A DNA stretch of 64,000 bases, taken from the NCBI GenBank assembly GCA_963815095.1, contig CAWFFH010000003.1, positions 544,001 through 608,000 on the forward strand, in the 5' to 3' direction. Below the pieces are notes generated by a model. The model ran no database searches, was not told the DNA's origin, and was given only the letters and a program-made list of their open reading frames with translations. Every line of letters starts with the position of its first letter. Position 1 is the stretch's first letter. This stretch comes from Candidatus Bathyarchaeota archaeon. Its GTDB lineage: Archaea > Thermoproteota > Bathyarchaeia > Bathyarchaeales > Bathycorpusculaceae. Made by a program: the position numbers and the translations under genes. This document shows positions 9,944 through 18,503 of the stretch, piece after piece.

Positions 9944-10462
9944 ATGTCAAAGGATAACGCAGATGACAGAAAAATCATAAGTGTGCGAATCAAAAGAAAA
10001 CCGGAGCCAAAGACAGAGTCATCTCCGCTTTATTCAGAAAAAGATGTTCGCCGTTTCGTTTCAGAGTTTGTTTCTTCTTGGATAAGAGGAGACATAATTA
10101 TCCGATTCCCAACAGCTGCTGAGTTGGCAAAGAAGACACCGCTTAGTATCGCGTTCCCAACTGACCCCTCTGTTAACGCTGAATTAAAAATCAAAGAACA
10201 CTATGTTGACCTTCTTTCGGTAATCGCTGGAACAAAACCTGCATCCGCCGAGGAACAGCAAAGAGCAATCGATGAAGTTTTCAAGATGTTGCTTATGTTC
10301 CGTAGCGCAAATCGAATTGAAGGTAAAATCATCTCAAACGACCTCGAAAAAAGAATCCAAGATCTCGAAAAAACCAACGCAAATCAAGCTAAACTTGTCG
10401 AGCAAATAACTGCCTTTTTGTTTACCCCAAAAAAACCCAAAGCCGTCAAGCCTGTTAGCTAA
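9944..10462 (+). CDS. Hypothetical protein with C-terminal coiled coil
   Basis: 172-aa ORF with purine-rich upstream sequence; no recognised motif. Confidence 0.6.
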   Translation: MSKDNADDRKIISVRIKRKPEPKTESSPLYSEKDVRRFVSEFVSSWIRGDIIIRFPTAAELAKKTPLSIAFPTDPSVNAELKIKEHYVDLLSVIAGTKPASAEEQQRAIDEVFKMLLMFRSANRIEGKIISNDLEKRIQDLEKTNANQAKLVEQITAFLFTPKKPKAVKPVS

Positions 10463-10534
10463 AAGTATGGTTCTGGAAGGGTAAGGTTTATTCGAGGGAA
10501 AAAGCATTCTGGTTGATGCTTTATTGTAAAAAGC

Positions 10535-10612
10535 GCTCCGGTAGTATAGTCCGGTCAAGTATACTGGCCTTTCGAGTCGGCGACCCGGGTCCAAATCCCG
10601 GCCGGAGCACCA
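10535..10612 (+). tRNA. tRNA-Glu(TTC)
   Basis: Acceptor GCTCCGG/CCGGAGC plus ACCA; anticodon loop CT-TTC-GA; T loop reads TCCAAAT. Confidence 0.92.
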
Positions 10613-10885
10613 ATTCTACTATTCTCTTTCTTCGGGTGATTAATGCTCTAAGCGTGTGCTTGTCGAGTTGGTTTTGGTAAGTGAGATTTTTTCCGTATTT
10701 TCGCAGGTTAGTTTACCAAATTCTAATCCTTGCAAAAGACACTTCAATTGGGACGTTGCTTAACCAAGGTTTTTCCAAAATTTAGCTTTGGGATTATATT
10801 TGACGAGGTATAGATTTTTCTGAGAAAAAAGTTCACTTATTTGACAAAAAAGAAGAAGGTGAGAAAAGTTAAGTTATGAGCTTAC

Positions 10886-11107
10886 TTATTTTCCCATGAT
10901 TTTTCTAGCGGCGATTTCTATGTCTTCCGCTTTGATAGTTTTTCTTCCAGCATGCATCGCAAAATCGAGTGCTTCTTTGGCGATTTTTACGCCGATATCT
11001 TCTAGTGCCTTTGCGAGTTCTTTTGCTGCTGCTTCAGATACTCTGTCAGCGCCTGCTTTTTTGCATAATCTGTGCATGGGGGCTACGGCTATTTCTAATT
11101 CAGTCAT
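10886..11107 (-). CDS. Archaeal histone (HMf family)
   Basis: APMHRL.KKAGADRVS...HAGRKTIKAEDI histone-fold signature. Confidence 0.95.
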   Translation of the reverse strand: MTELEIAVAPMHRLCKKAGADRVSEAAAKELAKALEDIGVKIAKEALDFAMHAGRKTIKAEDIEIAARKIMGK

Positions 11108-11256
11108 ATCGACATCTCTTTAGCTTCTTTTTCTCTTTAAGGCAATATTTAACCTTTGTTATTGTTTTTTTCCTTGAATCACCCATAACAATCAACTTGC
11201 CCTTTGAGGAAAGAAAAATTATTAAACACTCATTTGTGAATATAGCGTTGAGAAAG

Positions 11257-12030
11257 ATGAAACTAATAGATGCTCACGTTCACCTGTCCGACGCAGAATA
11301 TGTCGGGCACATAGATGAATTGATAGCTGATGCAAAAAACGCGGGCGTAACCGCATTAGTCACCAATTCAATGGATCTAAAAACTTGTATAAACGACATT
11401 AAACTAGCCCAAGAATACCCCGACCTTGTTATTCCAGCCTTAGGAATCCACCCCTGGAACGTAAACGTCCTCAAGGAAAATGAACTTCAAGAAACCATAG
11501 ACTTTATTCAAAAACAAAAGGGTATCGTCAAAGCAATAGGTGAAATCGGCTTAGACTACAAGTACGAAACCATTTGGGAAAAACAAACAATTGTCTTCGA
11601 CAAAATGCTCCACCTGGCCGAAACACTTGAGCTACCTGTTATCATACATTCTCGTGGAACAACAGACAAAATCGTCGAAATGCTTCCCTCTTACAACCTC
11701 AAACGCGTGTTGTTGCATTGGTTTAGTCACCCCATGAGCGCCCTCGCCAAAGCATTAGACAACGGCTACTTCATTACCGAAGGTCCACCAGCGACCTACT
11801 CCAATGGCATTCGAGAAGTCATAGACAACACTCCCATAACCAACTTGTTAACAGAAACTGACGGTCCGGTAACCTATTGGAAACAACCCTTTAATGGGCA
11901 ATTAACTAAGCCCTCGTACATACGCAATGTGGTTACCGCAGTGGCTGAAATAAAAAAAATGCACGCAGAAAATGTTGCGGAGCAAATAATCAAGAACTTT
12001 GAGACATTCTTCAACATAAAAGTAAACTGA
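11257..12030 (+). CDS. tatD: TatD family nuclease
   Basis: IDAHVHL, GIHPW, IGEIGLD, IHSR, TETDGP; true start placed at ATG 11257. Confidence 0.92.
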   Translation: MKLIDAHVHLSDAEYVGHIDELIADAKNAGVTALVTNSMDLKTCINDIKLAQEYPDLVIPALGIHPWNVNVLKENELQETIDFIQKQKGIVKAIGEIGLDYKYETIWEKQTIVFDKMLHLAETLELPVIIHSRGTTDKIVEMLPSYNLKRVLLHWFSHPMSALAKALDNGYFITEGPPATYSNGIREVIDNTPITNLLTETDGPVTYWKQPFNGQLTKPSYIRNVVTAVAEIKKMHAENVAEQIIKNFETFFNIKVN

Positions 12031-12090
12031 AAGATTCATTTTTTTCTGCCAAGTTCACCTCCCAGTTTGCCGGTCACTTAATTCGCTTCG

Positions 12091-12336
12091 TTAAGGCGTA
12101 AACTTAAAATTAGCTAACTTGAGAGGGGATTTAACAGTTTTATTTTTACCACTTGCAGATAGATTTAATTGATTTATTCCACTTGCTTCAAAAAACTTTT
12201 CAGGCTTAAATTTCGCATTATCTAAAGCGAATAACTTAACAAGCTCAGAAATAAAGCCTTCCTTGGTTTCGCTTTCACTGGTTTTAATCAATTTAGCTAT
12301 TTTTTCAAAGTGTTGTTTACTGAACATACTTACCAA
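12091..12336 (-). CDS. Small virus-type hypothetical protein
   Basis: SKQHFEKIA...DNAKFKPEKFFEASG resembles a widespread phage motif (DNPRF..ERF..ACG); the tail runs across the putative attL. Confidence 0.6.
   Translation of the reverse strand: MVSMFSKQHFEKIAKLIKTSESETKEGFISELVKLFALDNAKFKPEKFFEASGINQLNLSASGKNKTVKSPLKLANFKFTP
12100..12114 (+). repeat. Putative attL core AAACTTAAAATTAGC
   Basis: 13/15 identical to 21426-21440. Confidence 0.55.
12126..12154 (+). repeat. Left internal inverted arm GGGATTTAACAGTTTTA...CCACTT
   Basis: Imperfect reverse complement of 21389-21410. Confidence 0.55.
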
Positions 12337-13463
12337 TTCTCCATAAATTCACTATCTTCACTTAGAAAGTCTTCATCAAGTTCATTATCTTCTTTTTCAC
12401 TTTCTAAAGCTTCCAAGTTTTCACTTTCTTTTTCTATTTTGTTTAGTTCTGTTTCTGGTTCTTCTATTTCTGTTTCTGAATTCTCACTTTCAAATAAACT
12501 GTTGGGTTTCTTGAATCTTTTAGGCACAGAGAATGGGTTAAGCCATAAACCAATTTTTTCTGTTAAACTTAGAGGTTTAGGTTTTGGCAGACTGATAAGC
12601 CATTCTTTTTTTATTTCTGCATTGATTTTATAGGGCTTAAGATGTTGCTTAAACTCTGGGGATTCAAACACTTCTCCATTAAAAAACCAGTGTTTAAAAG
12701 GCATTTCAGCGAAGCTTATCTTATACTGCTTTTCAAGTCTTCTCAAATTAGGTGTGATGTCTTCAGAACTTAAGCGTCCTAAAACTTGAATCTGTTTAGC
12801 TCTTACTGTCTTAGACATGTCTGTTAGTCTCTGGGAACAACTAAAGAAACTCTCTCGATTATTACGTGCTTCATTAAAGACAGTTAAGAATTCTTCGCAT
12901 TCGTTCTTGGCTGTACTTCTTGAGTTAAAAGCGTCTTGTGCTTCTTCTAAAATGTAAGCAATAGCCTTAGTGTTTTCATGATTGACTGTGTGCTGTTTTT
13001 CTATTCGCTGTTGATTGTCTAAATAATTTATTATTGTTCTAATCGCAAAACTTCTTTTACTTGGCTTTCTTGTGGACAAATTAAATAGAATGTCCTTATG
13101 CTTTTCCAGAGCTAACTTAACTAAATGCCAATTCTCAAAGCTGTATTTCTCTGAGTCTTCAGTGCTCTTTCTTTCGTTGCTTAGTATGTCGTGTTCTCTA
13201 ATCTGAAAAACTGGTATTTGACTGAACCCGTAAAGCCATGCTAAAGAACCATCAAAAGCGATTAAGCGAACTTCAGGATTTTTCATTAATTCTTCGGCGA
13301 TTTTAAATAATAATCTGCTTTTTCCATGTCCCTTGCTTGCTGTTGCTTGTATTCCGCCACTGGTTAAGCCTTGATAAATCATGTCTTCAAAATCTCTTTT
13401 GCAATGTTGGTTTATGTTGCTCTGCTTTGTTGCGCCTTCTTGCTCTTCTTCTGCGTTAGTCAT
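12330..13463 (-). CDS. P-loop ATPase, HerA/FtsK-like, with acidic tail
   Basis: Walker A ASKGHGKS, Walker B YILEEAQ, EARN..SFFSCSQR. Confidence 0.75.
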   Translation of the reverse strand: MTNAEEEQEGATKQSNINQHCKRDFEDMIYQGLTSGGIQATASKGHGKSRLLFKIAEELMKNPEVRLIAFDGSLAWLYGFSQIPVFQIREHDILSNERKSTEDSEKYSFENWHLVKLALEKHKDILFNLSTRKPSKRSFAIRTIINYLDNQQRIEKQHTVNHENTKAIAYILEEAQDAFNSRSTAKNECEEFLTVFNEARNNRESFFSCSQRLTDMSKTVRAKQIQVLGRLSSEDITPNLRRLEKQYKISFAEMPFKHWFFNGEVFESPEFKQHLKPYKINAEIKKEWLISLPKPKPLSLTEKIGLWLNPFSVPKRFKKPNSLFESENSETEIEEPETELNKIEKESENLEALESEKEDNELDEDFLSEDSEFMENW

Positions 13464-13816
13464 ATGCGTTTTTCCTTAATTCAGTGGGCTATTTAATGAA
13501 AAATGGTCGATTTAAGGCGTATCTTCGAAGCTTTTCGATAAAAAAGCATTAAAAACAGCCATTTTCTGATATTGAGCCCGAAAAATCCTTACATAACAAG
13601 AATTTTTTAGCTAATTTTATGGTGGGAATAGTTTTCATTAGAATTTAGACAATTTTGAAAAGACTTTCTTAATTTTTTAAAGCGTTTATTGGGAATATCA
13701 TGAATCTTTTTGGAATGATTTGAAATAGCTTATCCAAAAGGATTCCGTAACCATTATGAACAGAGACTATTTTTTCAGACTTATTTTTTTTGGAGCAATC
13801 TTTTTTTCTTGAATAT

Positions 13817-14590
13817 CTAAGGAGAGGGGGGGTCATTGCTCCATAATTCTTTTGATGCCAGTCTCAAATTATGCTCTTCAAGAGCTTTAACAAAATCTTT
13901 GTTTTCTTTCAAAGGAGATTTTATTTCTGGAAAATGAACAAATATTAGATACAAATAGAAATTACAAACGGCTCTAAGTGATTTGTATATGTTTGTCACT
14001 TCACTGCATTCAACATTCGAACGACCATATGTGCTACTCATGAAGTCAACGGCTGTGTCAATAAGTTGCTGATGGGAAGGATGAATCCTTTTTGAAAGAT
14101 TTTTCCATTCATTAACTATTCCGCCTTTGCAGGGGAGATTAATTTCTTTTAATAGACCATTCATTCTCAGTTCTTTATTCTCTCCTTTTCTTAAAATGTT
14201 CAGTTTTTTTTCAAAATCAATGTTAGGATAGGTAGTGTCAACATATTCAGATTGTACCATTGACTCAAGCATTTATCTGATATTATGGTATGCGTTTCTG
14301 TAGAGTCCACAGGCAGATAGGTACATTGTTCCAATTATTGAACGAAATGATTCCACAAAACAAGTGAAAAGAAGTCGTTGGCTGTATCTGTCGGAGATGA
14401 ATCCATTCTTGATAAACGAAGGAATTCTGTGGAAAGTGGCGAAAGTAAAGCCCATGAGAAGCATTAATTCCTTTATTTTTAATAAGTCGGGGCAACCCTT
14501 TTTTGAAACCTCTACTGCTTCTTGAAATATCTCGAAATGGAAATCCTCTGTAATGTTACGCAACCACTTAGACGGGTCAGTTTGAGACAC
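13817..14590 (-). pseudogene. HEPN-like helical protein split by one in-frame TAA (14273-14275)
   Basis: Two track ORFs are contiguous and in frame: GLYRNAYHNIR*MLES; WKNLSKRIHP motif in the second half. Confidence 0.65.
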
Positions 14591-14762
14591 TATTTCCTCA
14601 CTTTAAGAAGTCTATCCGAACCAAATAATTTGTTGTCATTTTAAGAACTATATTCAATCTATACTTTTGGAATGCTTTTAGTTTTTGTGGTTAACTTCGT
14701 TCATTATTTCAGAGTCAAAATTATTTATGCTTAGAACACCTATTCAACTATGAGTGAATAAT

Positions 14763-14861
14763 ATGCCTAAAAAAGGAACAGAAAAAGTAGAGTTTAAAGC
14801 AAAGGTTATGGTTCCCAAAACGAAAACAGTTACATTCTACGCTAAGAAAAAGAAAAAGTAG
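14763..14861 (+). CDS. 32-aa Lys-rich microprotein MPKKGTEKVEFKAKVMVPKTKTVTFYAKKKKK
   Basis: ATG to TAG read directly; upstream GAGTGA and promoter-like motif; internal V-x-F-x-A-K repeat. Confidence 0.6.
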   Translation: MPKKGTEKVEFKAKVMVPKTKTVTFYAKKKKK

Positions 14862-14985
14862 CAGTTTTGCTTACTCTATGAAAAATAGTTTTGTTGCTTA
14901 ATTAGAGTAATCTCTATCAATTTTCAAAACTTCTATCTACCAAAATTATTTAAATTTAAACAGATACTCTCACAAGGGGACATTA

Positions 14986-15510
14986 TTGTTTTTTGAAGAA
15001 GACAAGAAAAGAACGAAGCCAAATCAAGCATTAAAAAAAATGATCTACATAAGAGACAAAGGCGTTTGTAGGTTGTGCAGTGAAAGAGTTGATCCTTTTA
15101 ATTTTGAAGTTGGTCACGATATAGCACATTCAAAGGGTGGAAAACTAAATCTGCAAAATGCAATTTTGCTTTGTTCCCTTTGCAATAAATCTATGAGAAC
15201 TCTAACTCTAAAACAAGCAAGGAAAGCACTCGGTATAAAATCTCCAGAAGTGGACTCAAAGAAAGCGCTTAAGAAACTCAGTATGAAGGAACTAAAGTTT
15301 CTTGCAAAGAATCATAGAATCAAAGTGAAAGGTAAAGTCTCAGAAGGGTTCCTGAGTAGTACCACTTTAGCTCCGACTAAAGCTCAGTATGTAAATGCTT
15401 TAGCCAAAGAAATGATGGGTGAGCAGATTAATGAAGAAATAAAAAAAATTCCAAAACCAGAACCTAAGAAAAAAAGTAGAAAAAAGAATGACTCTTTTTC
15501 TTTTTTTTGA
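14986..15510 (+). CDS. HNH endonuclease with C-terminal SAP/Rho-N-like helical domain
   Basis: RDKGVCRLC...GHDIAHSKGG...N...LCSLCN; LKKLSMKELKFLAK..RIKVKG. Confidence 0.85.
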   Translation: MFFEEDKKRTKPNQALKKMIYIRDKGVCRLCSERVDPFNFEVGHDIAHSKGGKLNLQNAILLCSLCNKSMRTLTLKQARKALGIKSPEVDSKKALKKLSMKELKFLAKNHRIKVKGKVSEGFLSSTTLAPTKAQYVNALAKEMMGEQINEEIKKIPKPEPKKKSRKKNDSFSFF

Positions 15511-15816
15511 CTCAATTTTAATTCCATGCTAAAGATTTAAGACATGGTACCTTGAAGAAATTGCCTTAATGAAAGATAAAGACTATATAAAATCGCGTTA
15601 ATCCACGGTTATTTTTTTAAATTATATTGTTTGCGCAAGCCTTAACCTTTAGACTATTTGGTTTTTAAAGCTTTTTTTGGTGAAAAGGGGATTAAATCAG
15701 ACTTTATTATTTCGAGTTTTTTGTTTATTCTTTATGGTATTGTTGCAAAATTTACGGAATGTATTGCATGTTTAATGTGAAATCACCTTATATATGCGAT
15801 AACTGTAATTTTTAAA

Positions 15817-15939
15817 ATGGTGTTAACACCACTGAGGATAAAACAAGTCAGTGGGATGGTTAGGGGTGGTCTGCGAGCCATTTGTGAAACCATTCCACTA
15901 ACTTGTCCTCAGCACGTATGTTCTAACTGTAAATTATAA
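15817..15939 (+). ncRNA. Candidate structured small RNA (long hairpin 15832-15912) coincident with a 40-codon ORF
   Basis: CTGAGG..ACAAGT.AGTGGGATGGTT pairs with AACCATTCCACT.ACTTGTCCTCAG; upstream TATA-like TTATATAT. Confidence 0.45.
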
Positions 15940-16111
15940 AAAAAATTTACAACCTATAAAAAGATTCATATCATGCTACAAATATGTAAAGTGTGAGCCT
16001 TTTCTCAAACACCAATAATTATCATTAATTTAATGTCTAAAAATTATTCCTTTTTCAGCACCATCTCTCTGCACGTCTGCTTTCTTCGTGATATATACAC
16101 GTATTATTATG

Positions 16112-16663
16112 TTAGTTAGTTAGTTCACTATTAGTTATTAGATTAGTTATTAGTGATAATATATTCTCTATTGATAGTATAGTTATAGAATACTCACTTG
16201 CTAACACTTGAATTGGTATTGGAGAGAAATTTTCTGGTCTGTTGGTTAATAGTATCCATAAAATATTTCTTTTTGGCTTTGGGCAATTCTTGAAACGTCC
16301 AATTCTATCTCGTATGAACCATTTTCGTCTGTACTTGTAAGGTTTACTCATGTAGCTTGCTTCAACGTAAAGATAATAATTGCCTATTTTCAATTCAAAG
16401 TCTACGCCGATTGTTTTTGTATGTGTCCATTCGAATGGGTCTATTGGATTATGATACTTGATATACTCTCCTAATCCAGAATCTTCCAGTTTAGGCAACA
16501 CTTCTTTAATTTCAAAATCATAGCCTAACTGGTCTTTCCAACCCATTTTATACTTTTTAATGAAGCGGGTTAAGGTAACTTTTTCTTCTTTTTTCAGTTC
16601 ACGATTTTCTTGATTGTATTTTATTCTTCGATATTCATTTAATTCATTTCGACTTAGTTTCAA
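16112..16663 (-). CDS. PD-(D/E)XK-fold nuclease-like protein
   Basis: GVDFELKIGNYYLYVEAS (D..E-x-S variant), followed by WILLT strand. Confidence 0.6.
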   Translation of the reverse strand: MKLSRNELNEYRRIKYNQENRELKKEEKVTLTRFIKKYKMGWKDQLGYDFEIKEVLPKLEDSGLGEYIKYHNPIDPFEWTHTKTIGVDFELKIGNYYLYVEASYMSKPYKYRRKWFIRDRIGRFKNCPKPKRNILWILLTNRPENFSPIPIQVLASEYSITILSIENILSLITNLITNSELTN

Positions 16664-16752
16664 TTCTTTCCTTCAGGGAAAAGTGTATCTTACTACCAGT
16701 CAGTTCTTGGAGAAAGGTAGAGAACTTTTCACCTGAAAAAAAGATTAAAGGT

Positions 16753-17007
16753 TTAACGTGGCTTGAATTCAATTCGTTTTCTGAGAAAGTCAACTTCGAT
16801 AATATAATTGTCGTAATCCATCGACCTTTCACATTCTTCTTTAGAATAGCACATAAAAGAAACTTCTAATAGCATTTCCTTATTTTTTGACTCAAGTGAT
16901 GAATTCACTTCTTTGTAGTGACAATCTATGCGAGAGATGTCTCCAATAAATTCGTCGTGTGTCTTTTTAGAATTTAATTTGTTCTCAGGATTATTATTTT
17001 CTTGCAT
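16753..17007 (-). CDS. Hypothetical protein
   Basis: 84-aa ORF with upstream AGGT; no motif. Confidence 0.45.
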   Translation of the reverse strand: MQENNNPENKLNSKKTHDEFIGDISRIDCHYKEVNSSLESKNKEMLLEVSFMCYSKEECERSMDYDNYIIEVDFLRKRIEFKPR

Positions 17008-17133
17008 TTCTATTACCTGATTCCTGAGAGTGCGAAAACTTGAACTTCAATATCCACTCAGAAGACATTATTAAATAGTTCTGTTTTTTGACACCTATTA
17101 TAAGTTAAATAAATATTAAAAAACTTGTAATTT

Positions 17134-17161
17134 TTACAATAACACTTAGTGTTTAGTGTAA
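17134..17161. promoter_or_regulatory. Palindromic candidate operator in the divergent intergenic region
   Basis: TTACA..AACACT-T-AGTGTT...TGTAA just upstream of a TTTATA box and the RHH gene. Confidence 0.4.
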
Positions 17162-17226
17162 TAAAAACATTTATATGTTAGTTTGTATGTTGTTATATAT
17201 AAACATTGTGGTAAAGGTAGTGAAGT

Positions 17227-17541
17227 ATGAATAAAAAAATGAAGAAAAATCGCCCAGTAATGATTGATGAGACAGCACAGACACGTTTAGCTTGGATTTC
17301 AAAAGTTTCTGGACGTAGCCGAAAAAGTATATTGGAAGAAATTATTGAAGAAATGACATCTCTCGCATGCATGTATGATAAAGCTTACTTGAAAATAGAA
17401 AGCTCAGTTTTAGCAAGTGAGGTTAGAATCGTGGTTATGGGATATGGCAAAAAAATTAAAGCGGGTAGTTTTAGAGTTGGCTCAGAAACCTCAGAAAGTA
17501 AAATCAACAGGTTAATTGCTCAAGAACTTGGAGAGAGCTAA
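17227..17541 (+). CDS. Ribbon-helix-helix DNA-binding protein
   Basis: RPVMIDETAQTRLAWISKVSGRSRKSILEEII. Confidence 0.65.
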   Translation: MNKKMKKNRPVMIDETAQTRLAWISKVSGRSRKSILEEIIEEMTSLACMYDKAYLKIESSVLASEVRIVVMGYGKKIKAGSFRVGSETSESKINRLIAQELGES

Positions 17542-17543
17542 AC

Positions 17544-17936
17544 ATGGTACAAATATCTGATTTGGACGTTTCTAAATTAAATGGTGGAAACGGTCTGCCT
17601 CATGGGTTATGCGATTTATGCACCGAAAATTGTTCTCGACATAAAATTTGTGTAAATTGTCCAGATTTTAAGTTGAGTACACAATATCAAATGGGCTCTT
17701 CTCAGCAACTGAACCAAACGCAAACTGAAAAAAAAGAATTAGAAGAAACCTTGACATTTCGTGAAAGTTGCCCAGAATGCGTTGCCGCTGGAAAAATTTG
17801 TGCTACTCTTCAGGGAGAAGATGTTTGCTTATCGCCTTTTACTGTTGGTAAAGAGGTTTTTTATGATTTTAAGCCATGTGAGAAAAACCCTAATCAAAAT
17901 ATTGGCTTTCTTAAAATAAAAAAAGTGGAAGTATAA
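17544..17936 (+). CDS. Cys-rich putative metal-binding protein
   Basis: CDLC..NC..H..CVNC and CPEC clusters; operonic spacing. Confidence 0.6.
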   Translation: MVQISDLDVSKLNGGNGLPHGLCDLCTENCSRHKICVNCPDFKLSTQYQMGSSQQLNQTQTEKKELEETLTFRESCPECVAAGKICATLQGEDVCLSPFTVGKEVFYDFKPCEKNPNQNIGFLKIKKVEV

Positions 17937-17939
17937 TTT

Positions 17940-18503
17940 ATGAATGAAGAAGATTTAAGAGATCAAGAAATTGAAAGGCAAAAAACTGCAGAATGGATGT
18001 CTAAGCAAGGATCAATAACTAAAGTTAACAACGTGGCTATAACGAAAACACAAGCTGAGGCAATAAAGAAAGTCCTCGCTGGAAATGAAGAGGTTCCTTC
18101 AAAAGATGAATTTGAAGCTCAGAGCCAATTTGAAGAGAGAATGAGAACTTTTGTTCGGGCATTGAGACAAGCGAAAGAGGAAGATGATGAATATATTCGG
18201 AGAGATTCAGAGCTGAAAAATAGCGGAAAAGGCACTATTGGCATGACTCCCGAAATGTTTCAAAGAGAGCATTGTTCTGGAAATTCTGAAGGCTACTCCA
18301 CAAATGAAGAAAGGATAGACGATTTGAGAAAAAAAGGCGACACTGAGACACTTAATAAACTATGGGCAAAAAGTCTTCAGGGCATTAAAGAGAACCCAAA
18401 CAAAACCCTGAACTTCGAATATAAAGATCCTTGGAAAGATGGAAAATCAGCTATACGACATAAGCTTGATTCAGATAATAAAAAAGCAAGGGGTGAAAAC
18501 TAA
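17940..18503 (+). CDS. Hypothetical charged helical protein
   Basis: Operonic ORF, no motif. Confidence 0.6.
   Translation: MNEEDLRDQEIERQKTAEWMSKQGSITKVNNVAITKTQAEAIKKVLAGNEEVPSKDEFEAQSQFEERMRTFVRALRQAKEEDDEYIRRDSELKNSGKGTIGMTPEMFQREHCSGNSEGYSTNEERIDDLRKKGDTETLNKLWAKSLQGIKENPNKTLNFEYKDPWKDGKSAIRHKLDSDNKKARGEN

Noticed and set aside
10969-11256. N-terminal extension of the TatD ORF
   Set aside because: It overlaps the histone gene and promoter; TatD homology starts at ATG 11257.
12010-12065. Minus-strand SD GGAGGTGA plus TTG opening a 13-codon ORF at the tatD end
   Set aside because: Too short to support; could be a relic but there is no further evidence.
13512-13521. TTAAGGCGTA repeat matching 12091-12100 as an alternative att site
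   Set aside because: Only 10 nt, with no inverted arms, and it would exclude the integrase; probably chance.
15832-15890. Hammerhead ribozyme (CTGAGGA ... GAAAC)
   Set aside because: No stem II closes between the motifs, and both motifs are sequestered in the long hairpin.
14986-15945. IscB/HEARO or TnpB system
   Set aside because: The protein is 174 aa with no RuvC motifs, and the RNA candidate is short and downstream.
16644-16832. 62-aa ORF bridging the two minus-strand genes
   Set aside because: It overlaps both neighbours and has no motif; it cannot be distinguished from chance.
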